64,000 nucleotides of DNA from the human T2T-CHM13v2.0 reference genome, Homo sapiens: assembly GCF_009914755.1 (NCBI RefSeq), contig NC_060936.1. The stretch is one strand, 5' to 3'. The position numbers and the translations under genes were made by a program. Shown here piece after piece: positions 13,185 to 26,552 of the stretch. Numbering within the stretch: position 1 is the stretch's first letter; every line of letters begins with the position of its first letter. Below the pieces are notes generated by a model. That model was not told where the DNA came from. It made no database searches and saw only the letters and a list, made by a program, of their open reading frames with translations.

Positions 13185-14460
13185 CCTTAGTTGAAACTCC
13201 TTGATAGCAAATGGTAGAAATAGAATCAAACTAGCTTTTTAAGAATAAAATGTTAATGGACTCATGTAACTGAAAGCGTCTTCAACATGGCTGGATCCGG
13301 GTGCTCAAATAATGTTATGGCTCCATTTTCAGGCAAAACTCTGATACATGATAGTGAGATGGCCACTAGCAGTTGCAGGATCATATGCTCTTTACAACTC
13401 AGGATCCAAGAGGAACAAAAGAACTTTTCCTTAACTCTAGCAGCATTCCAGGGGGTACTGTCATTGGTCTGTCTTTAGTCAGGAACATCCCTGTATCAAC
13501 TGTGGCTAGGATATGAGCGGTCAGATAAGCCAAGCCTGGATTAAATTGATATGAGAAGGGGCAGGGAAGTGCTGGGTAAAGAAGGGCGGGGTCCCTGGCT
13601 AGGGCTCCATCCTTGAGCCTGTGCCCATGGACCTAAATGACGACAGGCATTTCTGTTTTCATGCCCAAAAAGTTGTCTTTTGGCCAGCCACGTTCCCCAT
13701 CCTGTGCCCATAAAAACCCCGAGACCCTAGTGGACACACACACAAGTGGCTGGATGTTGAGAGGGGCAGAAGAACACATCAGCAGACACCAGCAGGCCAG
13801 TGATGGTGGAATGATGCATATGCCGAGGAGAATATGGCTGCGGGCAGTTGGAGGACAGTCCAGCCCCTAGGCGGCCTGACTCCAGGGGAAGACCACCTTC
13901 CCACTCCATCCCCCTGCTGGCTCCCCATTTATCCCACTTGGAGCTACCTTCATCACCCCATAAAATCTTATGCTCAACCTCCAAGTTCACATGTGATCTG
14001 ATTTTTCTGGTACGCTAGGGCAAGAACCTGGGATACAGAAAACCTCTGTCCTTCCGATAAGGCAGAGGATCTAATTGAGCTGATTAATATAAGCCGCCTA
14101 CAGATGGCAAAGCTGAAAGAGCACCCTGTAACCCGCACTCACTGGGGCTTCAGGAACTGTAAACACTCAACCCGAGACGCTGCTGTGGAGTTGGAGCCCA
14201 AAAATGCTCCCTAGGACCTGCCCATCTGCATGCACCCCCTAGGGGTTTAAGCAGATGGGCACCAAAGAAGCAAGCCACACCCCTGTTGCATGTCCCATGA
14301 GGGGGATAAGGTGACTACTCCCATTTCAAAATGACCACACTGAGGCCTTGGGCAAGGGGAACAGTCAGGCCCACCCAGGCCTATGAATGATATAGAATTG
14401 CTATAGAATGGAGGCTGGCTGTTTCTTTAAAGAAAGGAACACAGGACAATCAAAACAGGT
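13185..14460 (-). mobile_element. old MLT1(J/K)-like LTR interrupted by LTR1-like solo LTR
   Basis: actcatgtaactgaaa...catggctggatcc.ggtgctcaaa...gatggccactagcag. Confidence 0.55.
13547..14328 (+). mobile_element. ERV1 solo LTR, LTR1-family-like (782 bp)
   Basis: TG...CA termini (tgatatgagaaggggcagggaagtgctggg...cccatttca); 4-bp TSD AAAT at 13543-13546 and 14329-14332. Confidence 0.85.
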
Positions 14461-14536
14461 TATGTCCTCTAATTTAAGAGGTGCTACATTGTACCACTCC
14501 AGAGGGCACTCTTACTGTATTCAATGTGAACAGTGT

Positions 14537-14640
14537 CTGCTTGAGTTGGGCAACATATAGGATCTCTCTCCATTATAGGTTTGGAGGCCTGCTGGAGATG
14601 GGCAACATATAGGGTCTCTCTCCATTATAGATTTGAAGTG
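14537..14640. repeat. 52-bp tandem duplication
   Basis: two copies of ctgct.gag.tgggcaacatatagg.tctctctccattatag.tttg.ag starting 14537 and 14589. Confidence 0.9.
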
Positions 14641-16615
14641 ATGGTTAAATGGTAAAATATAGATAAAATGCCAAGCAATTAGTAGATACTCGAAAAAATC
14701 TTTTTATATTTTGCACCAATCTTTTCCACTTAAACTGAGAAAAAGGCATATTATTCAACACTGATTAAGGTCTGTATTAGACCACTCCAGAGTTACTAGC
14801 ACTTGTTCTGAAATAATAAAGAAATTATAGTTTCTTCTAATATTTCACCTCATATAACATTTTACAGTCAATGCAAAGGGTCATGACTCTACCAAGATTA
14901 AATAGTTTACAGATGGTCCTGCACTTAATTATTAGTACCTCTAGAAATACCAATATTAACCCAAGGTTGCTTTGTAACTGTGTTATAATTCAAATAATAT
15001 GGTAGATGGAAATCTGGCCTCCATTGACCTTTACTTCAACCAGAGAAGTTTTCTATTTGTCAGTTTCACATTCAACAGATTGACATTTATCAGTTTATCA
15101 ACAGTAAAAATTACTTTTTTTGCTAATGCAGAAATCTTCAAATACATAACATAAGAAGTTGAGACAATTTTTTTTCCTACATAGTCAAGTCCAGAAGTAG
15201 GCCATGCAAACTCTGGTATGATAGTTCCACTAAATTATTAGATACCCATGTTCCTTTTGGCTTTCTCTTCCTATATCTTTAGAGTCCAGCCCTATCTTCA
15301 TATTTTTAAGAAGTCTGCCAGAGCTATGGCCATCAGGTTGACAATTCATACAGCCTGGAGAGAAAGGGAAAGAGCAAAAAAGGTACCTGCCATTTGATTT
15401 AGACCTCTTAGAAGAACTTTTTTGGACATCTCATATTGTATCTTCTTTTGGCTAGCTCTTTGTAATATAACCACACATGTAAAAGAAAAGTGCAGAATCT
15501 AGTTTTTATTGTTTTCAGTTGAGCATACTGCCATCCCAAATAAAAATTAGGGATTTGTTAATAAGAAAGAAGGGGAGAGTAAACATTGAGTTGGCAACTA
15601 GCATGCTTTATCACTTACAAATTAGCATTATTTCTAAGATTTTGTTTGCATAAAATGTTCTAATCTTTAAAGAAAAAAACCTAAACACTCTTGATGTAAT
15701 CAAACTCTGGGACAAGAAGGTTCATCATACCATTAACTCAATGGTGTGATGCTCAAAGAAGGCAAAGTGGTGGCGACATTCACAGGTTAGATTTGAAAAA
15801 GTGTTAAACAACTCTGTTCATTATGAACATTTTGAATAAAAGTTATAGCCCATGGGCACCCTTCACTACTTCCCTAGGATGCTTTTGAAAATGGAGTTCG
15901 TAGATTTAAGCATGTTTTCATTCAGCAGTTCCTTATCACAGTGTGCCTGTACCCACTTGGACCAAGAGCGGGGTTAAAATGCAGCCAAACAGGAAGTGGG
16001 TGGTGTGTGCAGTGCCACATCTTGGAGCTGTCACTAAAGCCCAGGCTGCCCTCTGGGAGGTCCTCAACTGGGTACATGTTTCAGCCCATCCAGCTCTCAT
16101 TCCTTTCTTCCCCTTCATGACCACAGGGTAGTGATTATCTCAGCAAGGCAAATGGCTCATTAATGTAGTGGGGAGCCAGATTGAACATTTGGAAAACACC
16201 CACGTATTTAAAGGGGCCAAAATGAGCTTTCTGCTCAAGCTGCCAGCTGGTTTGCCTGTAACATCAGCTTGCTCAGAAGAGGGGAGGAAATCATTTTTGC
16301 CAGTACTTATTCAGGTTGAAAAATTATGGCTTTATTTTTATTTTAGCAGTCTCTCAAGTGAAGGGTTGATTGCATGATCTCCTTTCTTCACTGCTGGCTT
16401 CAACCCTACATGTTCCTCAAGAGCCAACTTGTCTCATCTTCAAGTAGTTTGCCAGATCGCTGAAGGCCTTAGGAGTCTCTCCTAAAACATGACTCCATTC
16501 ACTGATAGCACAGACCATGTATTTGGTATTCATCACACATTGCTTTGTTGGGTTAGTTGCCTTTTTCTGTTTGGGTCTCCCATCTCCCTAACTGAATTTA
16601 AGGCCTCTAAGGTCT

Positions 16616-16745
16616 AGGGAACCATGTAATTTATTATCCTAATTGGAACACTTTTGAGAATAAAAAGAGATGTTATTAATAATTACATTGGGACACCTCC
16701 CACAAACCTGAACTCTCTGAGCAAATTATGTGTGTCAACTCTATT
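16616..16745. mobile_element. MER94-like hAT element
   Basis: agggaaccatgtaatttattatcc...acacttttgagaataaaaagag...tattaataattac; related copy at ~18317-18435. Confidence 0.6.
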
Positions 16746-17866
16746 AAGGTCAAAGGACATTATTTACTGCTTTTCTCTGATCATCCACAGGGTCTAGTGT
16801 AATTCACTTGCAAACGGACATCAAACTCTTAAAAATAGGTAGCTTAGCAAAGCAACAAACAATTCCGCTTACAACAGCCATAAAATAGGTGGAAGAGGTG
16901 AACAGGTTCCTACTAGTGGGAGATTTAATATTTCAATATAGGAAGTAACCACAAGGTAGAAAGATTTCAATAATCAGATAAAGACTGTTCACAGTAGAAA
17001 CCAGTCTAAAATTTATGTTCTTACCATTACGAAGCCATGGGGTCCAAACAGGCACTCTTAGCACAAGAGTAGAAAGGAAAAAGTATTTTCAATGGGCATT
17101 TTCGTAAAGTGTATTCTTGTTTCGGAAGCATCAGGCATCCTAATCATCACACTGACATCCACATGGGACTGTGCAAAAGGAAACAGGGACAGAATCAGAT
17201 AGAAAAATAGACTCATAATCAAGACATTATAAATTCTCTGCAGTTAGTGCCCTTCCCTAATATAAAGTTTCCATGTCTCCGATTCCCCTCCCTCTGCTCC
17301 TCTCTCTGTTTTGCCTACATCCTCAGATTCATACATGTCACCATTTCAGCTATGACATAAAGACATTTTGTCAGGCAGAAGAAAAGTTGGGACCTTCTCT
17401 CCCTGTGTCTCTTTCTTGGGAAAAACTTTTCTGGAACTCTTCAAGATGACTTCCTTTGATATTTCATTGGCCAGAATTGGCCTCATGACTATTTCTAAAC
17501 CAGGCACTAACAAAGGGAAGATTAGGGACTTGTCTTGGACATAGCACCCCGATGCTGGTAAGGAGGGGAGGTTATCTTTTCCTGAGGCCTCAATTCAAAC
17601 AGTCGCTCCAAATGTTGTTAAAGATAACTTTATTTTTAATCAGATACTGTGCCCAGAGTGGTAGATCAAGTTACAGTCCTCTTGTAATGTGGATAGTGAC
17701 ATCTGAAACATGAGTTCTCTATATAGTATACATTTTGTATATATCCCAGCATTTTTTATAACTTTCATCATTACTGTTGAAAATGACATAGGGTGATATT
17801 TGCCTTCTTCATTAACTCCTACTAAATACATCTTTCTATCTAAATTTCCAAATTTTTTGTTTATAC

Positions 17867-18175
17867 CTTTTTTTTTTTTTTTTTTTTTTTTTTGAGACAG
17901 AGTCTTGCTTTGTCACCCAGGCTAGAGTACAGTGGTTCAATCGCAGCTCACTTCAACCTCTGCCTCCCAGGCTCAAGCAATCCTCCCATCTTAGTCCCCA
18001 GAGTATCTGAGACTACAAGTATGCGCCACCACACCTGGCTCATTTTTGTGTTTTTGGTAGAGACAGGGTTTTGCCATGTTTCCCAGGCTGGTCGTGATTT
18101 CTGGACCTCAAGAGATCTGCCCACCTCAGTCTCTCAAAGTGCTGGGATTACAGATGTGAGTCACTGCGCCTAGCC
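17867..18175 (-). mobile_element. Alu SINE (J/S-type) with long pure T tail
   Basis: ~27 T then gagacagagtcttgctttgtcacccagg...gctgggattacagatgtgag. Confidence 0.95.
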
Positions 18176-18934
18176 TGCTTTATGTCATTTTAAAATATAA
18201 CACTTGGAAATGCCTGCCCTATTTTATATGTATAGGCATGCTTTTCTTATATCCCTCTTCTACTGGACCCCATCACATTATAATACAATCTCCTTGAGAC
18301 TTGACAGAGTCTTTCTAGGCTGACCATGTAATTTTTGAGAATGAAGAGGTCAGTGGCTCTAAGCAGACAGGGCACTAGGGCAACTGGCATAAATCAGGAT
18401 TGTTCTGGGCAAAAGAAGATGTATGTCCCTCCCCACTTCCATTTAACATCTCCACAGTGTCCTGCACACTTTAGACACCATTTGAATATTGGCTTATGTG
18501 AACTTAAGTCACTTCCTATTGAAAAAGTATTTCAAGCTTCACTAAAGTCGCAATTCCATTGCTTTGTCCACAACAACTGGTTGTCCCTGTTGACCCATTG
18601 CAAGAAAAATTGCAGATCAAGTCCAGAACTAAAGATACTTCTTACTTCTAGCCTTAGAAAGAAGACTCTGAGGCTACTAATAAATGCCATACTGTTTCCC
18701 TGATTCCTTAGATTCGAATAGTTCCTATTGACATCTGAAACATGAGAAGATCCTTTAGAGAACCTCAGACTTAGAATTCTGGTTTATACACATGACACAT
18801 TAAGAGAAAACTAACCTACAGTGGCATTATGGCATCAACAATCAGATAGCAAATGTAGTCTGACAAAGATTTATCCCGGCACGTACTGAATTTTAGAAAT
18901 ACGTTCCTTTTTTCAGGATTTTGGAAATCCTAGA

Positions 18935-19120
18935 AAAGACCAGGATTTGGAGTCAGAACACCTATGTTTGAATCCTAACCTCCATTACTCCTTCTCTTCA
19001 AATAAAATCTCATCTGAAAATCAGGGATAATCATAGTACCTCTATCTGTAGAGCCTTTGGGAGAATTAAATGAGATAATGTATGTGAAAGTGTTCCAAAC
19101 ACCAAAGCTCTGTATGAATG
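18935..19120 (+). mobile_element. MIR
   Basis: tttggagtcaga...tttgaatcct...gggataatcatagtacct...gagaattaaatgagataatgtatgtgaaagtg. Confidence 0.8.
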
Positions 19121-22100
19121 CATATTCTCCTTTTCATTCACTATTTAAATCAACTCTTAATTCTATCTCTCTCAAGCAGCCTGAGGCTGGGTCACCAGAA
19201 CACAAATGTACAGTTACAAGGCTAAAAAAAAAACCAAAAAGCAAAACAACTCATTGTTACATGATCCTTGACAACAGTTGGACAGACTTTTTCTTAAATC
19301 AAATGAAGTGTTTTGGCAGCCTGTAAGTGTAGCCTAAAGTATAGCAAGAAAAGAGAATTATTTTCCTTAGGGAGAGTAATTTTAACAGAAGTTCAACTTA
19401 CACATTTTTAATATCTGTACTTCGAATGTACTGCTAAATGCAAAATGAATATAATTAGTTATGAGATATCTTGCCCTCGGCTACAGTACCCATTAAGCTT
19501 CAGCATAATATATAATTCACAACCTATTCATACTCTGTGGTACATTTCAGGACTTCCTATACTGTAGTCTCTTAAAGCAAATAGTGTATATAGTTTCAGA
19601 ACCTAACAGTTGTTCCTTCATAAGGGTTAGGAGTGGATGCAGCATATCTGTGGTCTTCAAATAATTTAGCCAGTCATAAAAATTTATTATGTACAGGCAC
19701 TATACCTTTTCATGTATAGGTCACTAGCATGTAAATGAAACTGGCACAACAAGGTAAATGTGTATAAAATACATCACAGAAGAGATAGATTTCTCTGATG
19801 AGCTATTTCAGTGATGCAGTAGATAGCAAATGATGATTTTGGAGTATTTTAGAGCCCCAATGTAGAATTTTCAATTTCCCCAGTTTATCCTCCAGAAATT
19901 ATCACTGTGATATACCTGTGATTGCTGAAAGGCTATCGTACATCTGTAAATGGGCATGCCATTCCTGGTACCTTCTAACTTTGTGATCACTGTCCCCATG
20001 CATAAAATATGGAGTCCTGCAGAGCAGCTAGAGAAAGGGTAAGTAGCTCAGAGTCTGTATCAATGGGGAGCTGTTTAAAAATTGATGTTATCAAGTAGGT
20101 TCACACATTAAACACCCAGAAAATGTTGGGCCTCCTCCTATGTGGTTTTCCTGAATTCTTGATGCAACCTAGAAGAACTAACGTTAAAAAGTAAAGAGCA
20201 CAGTACAGACAGTAAGAGTTCTGTTTGTGAAGACTAATACAGGAAGTGATGCTATGTCTGATTCTAGAATATGGTTAGAGTTTCACAGACAAGAAACAAG
20301 ATCTGTAACTTGATAATTATGTAAATACAGACCTATGTGCAATCAGTCTAGAAGCTCCCTGAAGGCAGGGATGGGTTACCCATATTTTGTCTAACACTTC
20401 TTTACATTCTTCTAAGGTGCGTCTTGGACACAATAATCATTGTGAACATACTTGATAACATCAAGTATTAAATTGGGGAAATCAAAAAATACTCCAAAAT
20501 CATCATTTGCTATCTACTGCATTACTGAAATATCTCATCAGAACTCTCTTTTCTGTGATTTATTTTATACACATTTACCTTGTTGTGCCAGTTTCATTTA
20601 CATGCTAGTGGCCTATACATAAAAAGGTGTAGTAAGTGTTTTTTATCTAGTTGAAAAGGCTTTAAAAAAGACTTTTGTAACTTGTAACTTTTTCACTGGT
20701 TAAGTAGCATCTTAGGAAACAGGGAGAAAGCATTTCAGTTCATTATTCTTCTTCATTTACTGAGTAAAAACCATATGCCAAGTACCATACCCCTGGAGAG
20801 GGTATAAGGAGTCTGAGTGTATTACAGCTCTTACCCCCAAGAAACCACAGCAGTGTGGCTAAGTGGAAACTCAAACAAAACAGCATATCAGTTGACAAAA
20901 ATTTACACATATACATTAGATTCATCGTTGCTGGATATTATAAACCATTCCTGCCATAGTTGTGAAGGACCTATTTGATCTATAGGTCTAAAATGAACCT
21001 GTTTGATATCAGAAGCATATGGCAGTAATTGACTTTCAACAATTGACTTTCCAAATTATCTATACCTAAATAATCCCAGAAAAATTATTCAATTTCAGTT
21101 ATTTCAATTCAGTAGTTTGTTAGGTAGCTGAATTCTTTTTCAGTTTATGGTTGTGGTTTGTGGGTCCAGCCTACAAGAGCTTAACTAAATCTCTAAAACT
21201 CCAACATGATTATATGAGTGTATATATACACACATAAATATATGAATATATGTAATTTATATGCATATGCACACACATATATCTGAAACTTGAAATATAC
21301 CATTTTTGTTCTCTCACTGTCGAATTATGAAGCACAGATCTAATGGTCAGGCTTTTCACCCAGACTACTATAGCCAGCTGTCTTTAGGAGAGTGTGGCTG
21401 AGTCCTTGTTATGCAGACAAGAAAAGGAATATTTGAAAGTGCAATGGCCCTGCAAGTGCTCAGATATTCATTGCACACCATGATGATTACATCTGAGAAT
21501 CTGTTCCTCCTTTATTCTATTTTTTCTTAAGAAATGGTCTTCTCTTTAGGAATGAATATGTGGAAGCAAAATGACTAGTTTATAACAGGCAGTACTCAAA
21601 AATGTTGTGAGTACAATGCAGAAACCTAACAGTGAAATTGCAAACTGAGAAAAGGAATCAAACAAGGGCAGAAAACAAGCGTTAAGGCTCGAGAATAAAT
21701 TACGCATAGGACAAATTGGTACTCATTTTGAGAAGGAGAGGAGAGGTGAATTTAAACAGTCAAGTAATAAAAAGTCATTGTTCGGTAGAGGCTGTCTAGT
21801 GTAATGTTTAACAGCATGGACTGTATCCCAAGAATTGAGTCTGAAACCTGAATCTCCCACATACGAGTTCTGTGACATTGAGCCAGATCTTAAAGTCTCT
21901 AAATTTCTCTTTTGTTTTGTTTTGTTTTGCATGTAGGGAGAGGAGTATATACTTCCTAAGGTTGTGAAAAGGATGGTTCATAATAAAAGTATGTAGCGTT
22001 ATTGAGTACATACTATGTGTAGGAATGTTACATGAATAAATTTATGAACCTTCATATTAACCCAATCTGGCAAGTACCTGCACTATTATCACTATTCCTA

Positions 22101-23424
22101 TTTAGTATTTAAGAAAACTCAGGTTTGACTGGATTAGGTGACTTGTCCAAAGGGATACAGTTCAGATTTTTTTTGTTTTTGTTTTTGTTTTATGTAGCAT
22201 AGAGACTTTTTTCAACTTTTAGATTCAGTGGGTATACATGCAGGTTTGTTACCTGGGTATATTTCATGATTAAAGCTGAGGTTTGAACATGGCAGAGTGA
22301 TTCTAAAGCCCGTGGTTAAAGGACTATGCTGTCATATTGGCATGTAAAGTGCTTATCATAGCTTAGCATAGAGTAAGGCTTCCACATGCAAATCAAAAGA
22401 GAAACATTAAACATTAGCTGAAGAGGAAAACCAAATCACCCACCAGGAGGAAATTGACCTGGCCCTTTCTCCCAAGTGTATCACATGATATGATGTGTGC
22501 AGGTGTCAGATGATGCTGAGATGGCCGACAGAGCTCAATTCAGAAACAAGTGATGAGCTCCTTAACAAATTCCCTCAGGAGAGAACTGCCTCCCCTCCCC
22601 TTTCAAACGAGGCTGACCTTGAAGTTGTGCCTAAATTGCTCACCACAATCTCAGGCTCAACTTGCTAACTCATCTATCCAAAACACATGCATCCCCGACT
22701 TCTCCCTATTTCATGGGGTATCAAAAATAGAGACTTGAACCTCATAAAGTTAGTACAGGCCGGGGTGTTCACCATCTTCATAGCTGATTTACAGTTGCTT
22801 TATTAAACTGCCTCTGATCTGGTCAGCAGGCTATGAATGTGAACACCTAGTTAGAGCTGACCTTGAATCCCATTGGAACAGTAGACTTCTTTATTACATT
22901 TGAAAACCTAAAAATGTTCAAGGGGAGGTGGAAGGGAGGAGAGGCAGGCAGAGGGTGCTAGGTGCTTTGTTCAACCACCATGGTTCCCTCTGTCGAGATG
23001 GAAGATGGCTGTTGCTTAAAGCTTCTGCCCATCTTTGTCCTCTGGAAATATTTGTATTATACAAATCAAAGAATGGAACGCACCTGCCTCCTCCTCATTC
23101 TTCTCCCCTCCCCGACACTGGAATGAATGCATACTCTTCACACAGGACCCACAGGAAACCTGTTACCCCAAGTAACTGTTGCATTCTCATGTGTTCAGTC
23201 ACAGGAAGAATTTCAGTTTCTCTCTTCCCCACGATTGGAGATGAGGCTGAGGTCACGGGAGAGAAAGAGCCCTGTCTTGTCTCCCAACAAGAGGGGTCTG
23301 TGCAGCTGCTGGGCCCACAGCAGACAGAAGGCACGCGGCAGCTGAGGCTCTTTAGAAGGCTTCCCACCCACTTCCTGAGTCTGGCTTTGATTTCTTAAAG
23401 GGCAGATGCACTTATTCCAGAGTC

Positions 23425-23680
23425 GCTCCCTGATTCAGCTGTCGGGGGGAGGGTGGAATAAAAAGCTAAAGCAACCATTTCCTTTTCTGTAGCTCCTTTG
23501 CTTTGTCTCAGATCCTCTTTTCTGAGTTATCTGCTACTAAGTCTGTCTCTCCTTCCGCTCAGAGCAGCAGTGGCTGAGTTTTGTCGAGTGCTAGATAATC
23601 ACTGATCTTAATTATAAACAGCCTCAGCTCAGAGGAATGGTTTTGATAGGAAAGTCAACACCAGGACGCAAGATGGGTAG
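23425..23680 (+). promoter_or_regulatory. candidate promoter/enhancer (AP-1-like, E-box, GATA, MEF2/TATA, MCAT)
   Basis: unique sequence with retained CpGs; TGATTCAGCTG ~23431, AGATAA 23593, TTAATTATAA 23608 overlapping TATAAA 23613, AGGAATG 23633, aagATGG|gtaggt 23676. Confidence 0.4.
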
Positions 23681-23818
23681 GTAGCAAAATGGAACCCAAG
23701 CCAGTTTTCCAATAAAAAACAGACAAAATATATTTATAAGTAAGATTCAATTCATCCTCCACGCAGTAGCAGCCTGGAGGCTCCTTGTGAACTGACCTCT
23801 GTCTACTGTCCCCTTTAA

Positions 23819-24124
<306 letters not shown>

Positions 24125-24410
24125 TAAATTTTATGCTTCAGTAATAGTGTTGATTTTACCTCCAAAATACAGAGCTGTTTCATGCTTCTGTGCCTTTGTG
24201 GACTCTTCCCTCTGCCAGAAATGCCTTCTTACTGTGTCTTCCTGGAAATATCTTATTTGACTTTTAAAAACTGGTGCAGACATCACCGCTTCATCTCCCT
24301 CCAGTGTTTTTCATTTAATTGGTCTGGGATGTGGCCTGAGCCCTGGGAGTTTTAAGTGCTCCCCAGGTGATTCTAATCTGCACCAGAGTTTGCCAATCAC
24401 TGCTTAAGGC

Positions 24411-24933
24411 CAGCAGTTTTCAGACTTGAGCAGGCATCAGAAACAGCTGGAGGGCTTGTTAAGGCACAGATTGCAGGGTCCACCCCCTGAGTGTAGAATT
24501 CAGTAGCTCTGGAGAATTTGTATTTCTTTCTTATTTTGTTTTCTCTTTTGTTTTGTTTTGTTTTGTTTTACTTTTATGTTTTTGGATCTTGTTGCATACC
24601 AAGTTTTTTTTGTTGTTGTTTTTTGTTTTTTAAGGGATTTGCTGATGTTTTTACTATTAGTATTCACATTATTTCCTTTTTTAAAAAAATTTATTTAAAA
24701 CAGACAAAAATTTTATCTATTTATGGTGTACAACAATGTTTTAATATAGGTACACATTGTGGAATGGCTACATCAAGCTAACTAATATACGCATTACCTT
24801 ACATGCATGTCATTTTATTTTATTTATTTATTTATTTATTTATTTATTTTTTGCAGTGAGAATTTGCCTTTCTAACAAGTTCCCAGATAAGGCTGATTCT
24901 GCTGGTCCTGGGATCAGGTTTTGAGAATCAATG
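24411..24933. mobile_element. MER5A interrupted by an L1 insertion
   Basis: gcatcagaa..agctggagggcttgttaa...gagaatttg | tttctaacaagttcccag...tttgagaatcaatg. Confidence 0.8.
24528..24857 (-). mobile_element. short L1MA-type 3' fragment with composite tail
   Basis: tatttatggtgtacaac...acattgtggaatggcta.atcaagctaa..aatatac.cattacct; 16-bp imperfect TSD 24512-24527 / 24858-24873. Confidence 0.8.
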
Positions 24934-25976
24934 CTCTATTCAAACTCGCTAGCTTGCACAGGTTCCTTACATTGCACTTGTCACCCTGCATTGTCATCCA
25001 CTTATTTGCATGCCTATTTCTGTCTTTTGAAGGTAAGGACTTTAGCTTTTTTATCACATTACAGAGCACTGCACCTGGTGTATAGTAGATGCTCAACACA
25101 TGATCACTTAATGAGTAAATATTCAGGGTCTAGTTGTCACAGAGAAAGAAAGTCATGTACAAAATTTATGTCAACTTTTAAACATAAATTATTTAATCCA
25201 ATAAATATCCCATGCCTCTAAATTTAAATCTAGAAAGGAGTTCTCTAAGCCTCTATGAATGACATCTTGGATTTTGGTGACAGGATTGTGTTGGCAAAGT
25301 ACTCCTCAGTACACGAGGATAAAAAGGCCCTGTGCAAAAGCAGATTGGATTACATTTACAACAACAACACCTCTTTTTAAACTGACATTTAATGATTATC
25401 TCTATCAATAAAGGCCTTTTAAGAGCTCTCCATAAAATGTTGTGAAAAATGAGAACATTTAAAATACAGACAAACAATGGGCCCCATTCATACAGCTTCT
25501 TCACATTATTTCTCCTGTATCATGGATCTCAACCAGGCTCACTCACCCTTCTCCAGTGAAGTTGGCACATGTTAACCATATTGATCGTCTGATTACAAAT
25601 GTAGACTGTGGCAGGGAGTATTTACAAAAGGAACCCATTTGTCCCTGTTACTTGTATGTAGATATCGGACTTAATACACACTCAACTACAAAGCAATAGA
25701 ACCAGGTAGTAAAATGTTACTCCCAAGGAGATTAGACTCCTATACAGAAAAATGATTTCATTGTTTCATATAACCATATAAAGTAAGTCCAAAGAGATGT
25801 TTTTAAAAGTTTCCTAATCCTTACTAATTTCTTAAATACCTACTCCTCAAGAAGAATAAATTCTCTCTCTATTCATTGATCCATAGAATATTTCTAAAAA
25901 CCTAATAATGTGTTGGCATAGGTCTTTCTGAACCCAAAACCCAGACCTATGTCTTTCTGAACAAAATATGTGATAT

Positions 25977-25996
25977 TGTGTGTGTGTGTGTGCGTG
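25977..25996. repeat. short (TG)n microsatellite
   Basis: tgtgtgtgtgtgtgtgcgtg. Confidence 0.8.
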
Positions 25997-26552
25997 TTGC
26001 TTGCTGTCCATTTCAGCAGCCTTCTACTTTGATGACAACCTGATTATTCTGGAAAAAAGCAGTTGCTGTCCTTAGTGGTGCAGCATGTAGTTATTTGGAA
26101 TTTCAGTAGTATCCAGGTAACATTTTTCATTGAGTCAGTGGGGAAACAGAAGATGAGAAACTCACCCTTCTGAGTTTCTGGTCAATATTTCTTGATTGGA
26201 GCTCTGGGTCTCTGGGTCCTCTCTAATTGTTACCTAGAGACTGGATCTTTAGATTATAAAAATATCAAAATACCTGGATATTGACTTTTTGAATTCAGTA
26301 TATTGCAATTGAATTCCACTTCAACAATAGCAGGTGGCCAATGGGTTGAGTATGATCGAATCAGGAATGAAAGATTCTGTAGACTGTACCTTTCTTTTCA
26401 AAAATAAAATTTTGAAAAGTACAGATTTGCCTAAAATATATGGGTAATACATTCAGAGTGCAGACTGACCATGTTTAAGTTGTAAAGCCTGCCGTATGAG
26501 GAAGCAGAAACAGATGTAGTAGCTGTTCCCTGCTGGTATGTGCTCTATGTCT

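Noticed and set aside
22928-23398. 156-aa ORF
   Set aside because: GTG start in a mammalian genome, no recognisable domain; the region fits regulatory DNA better.
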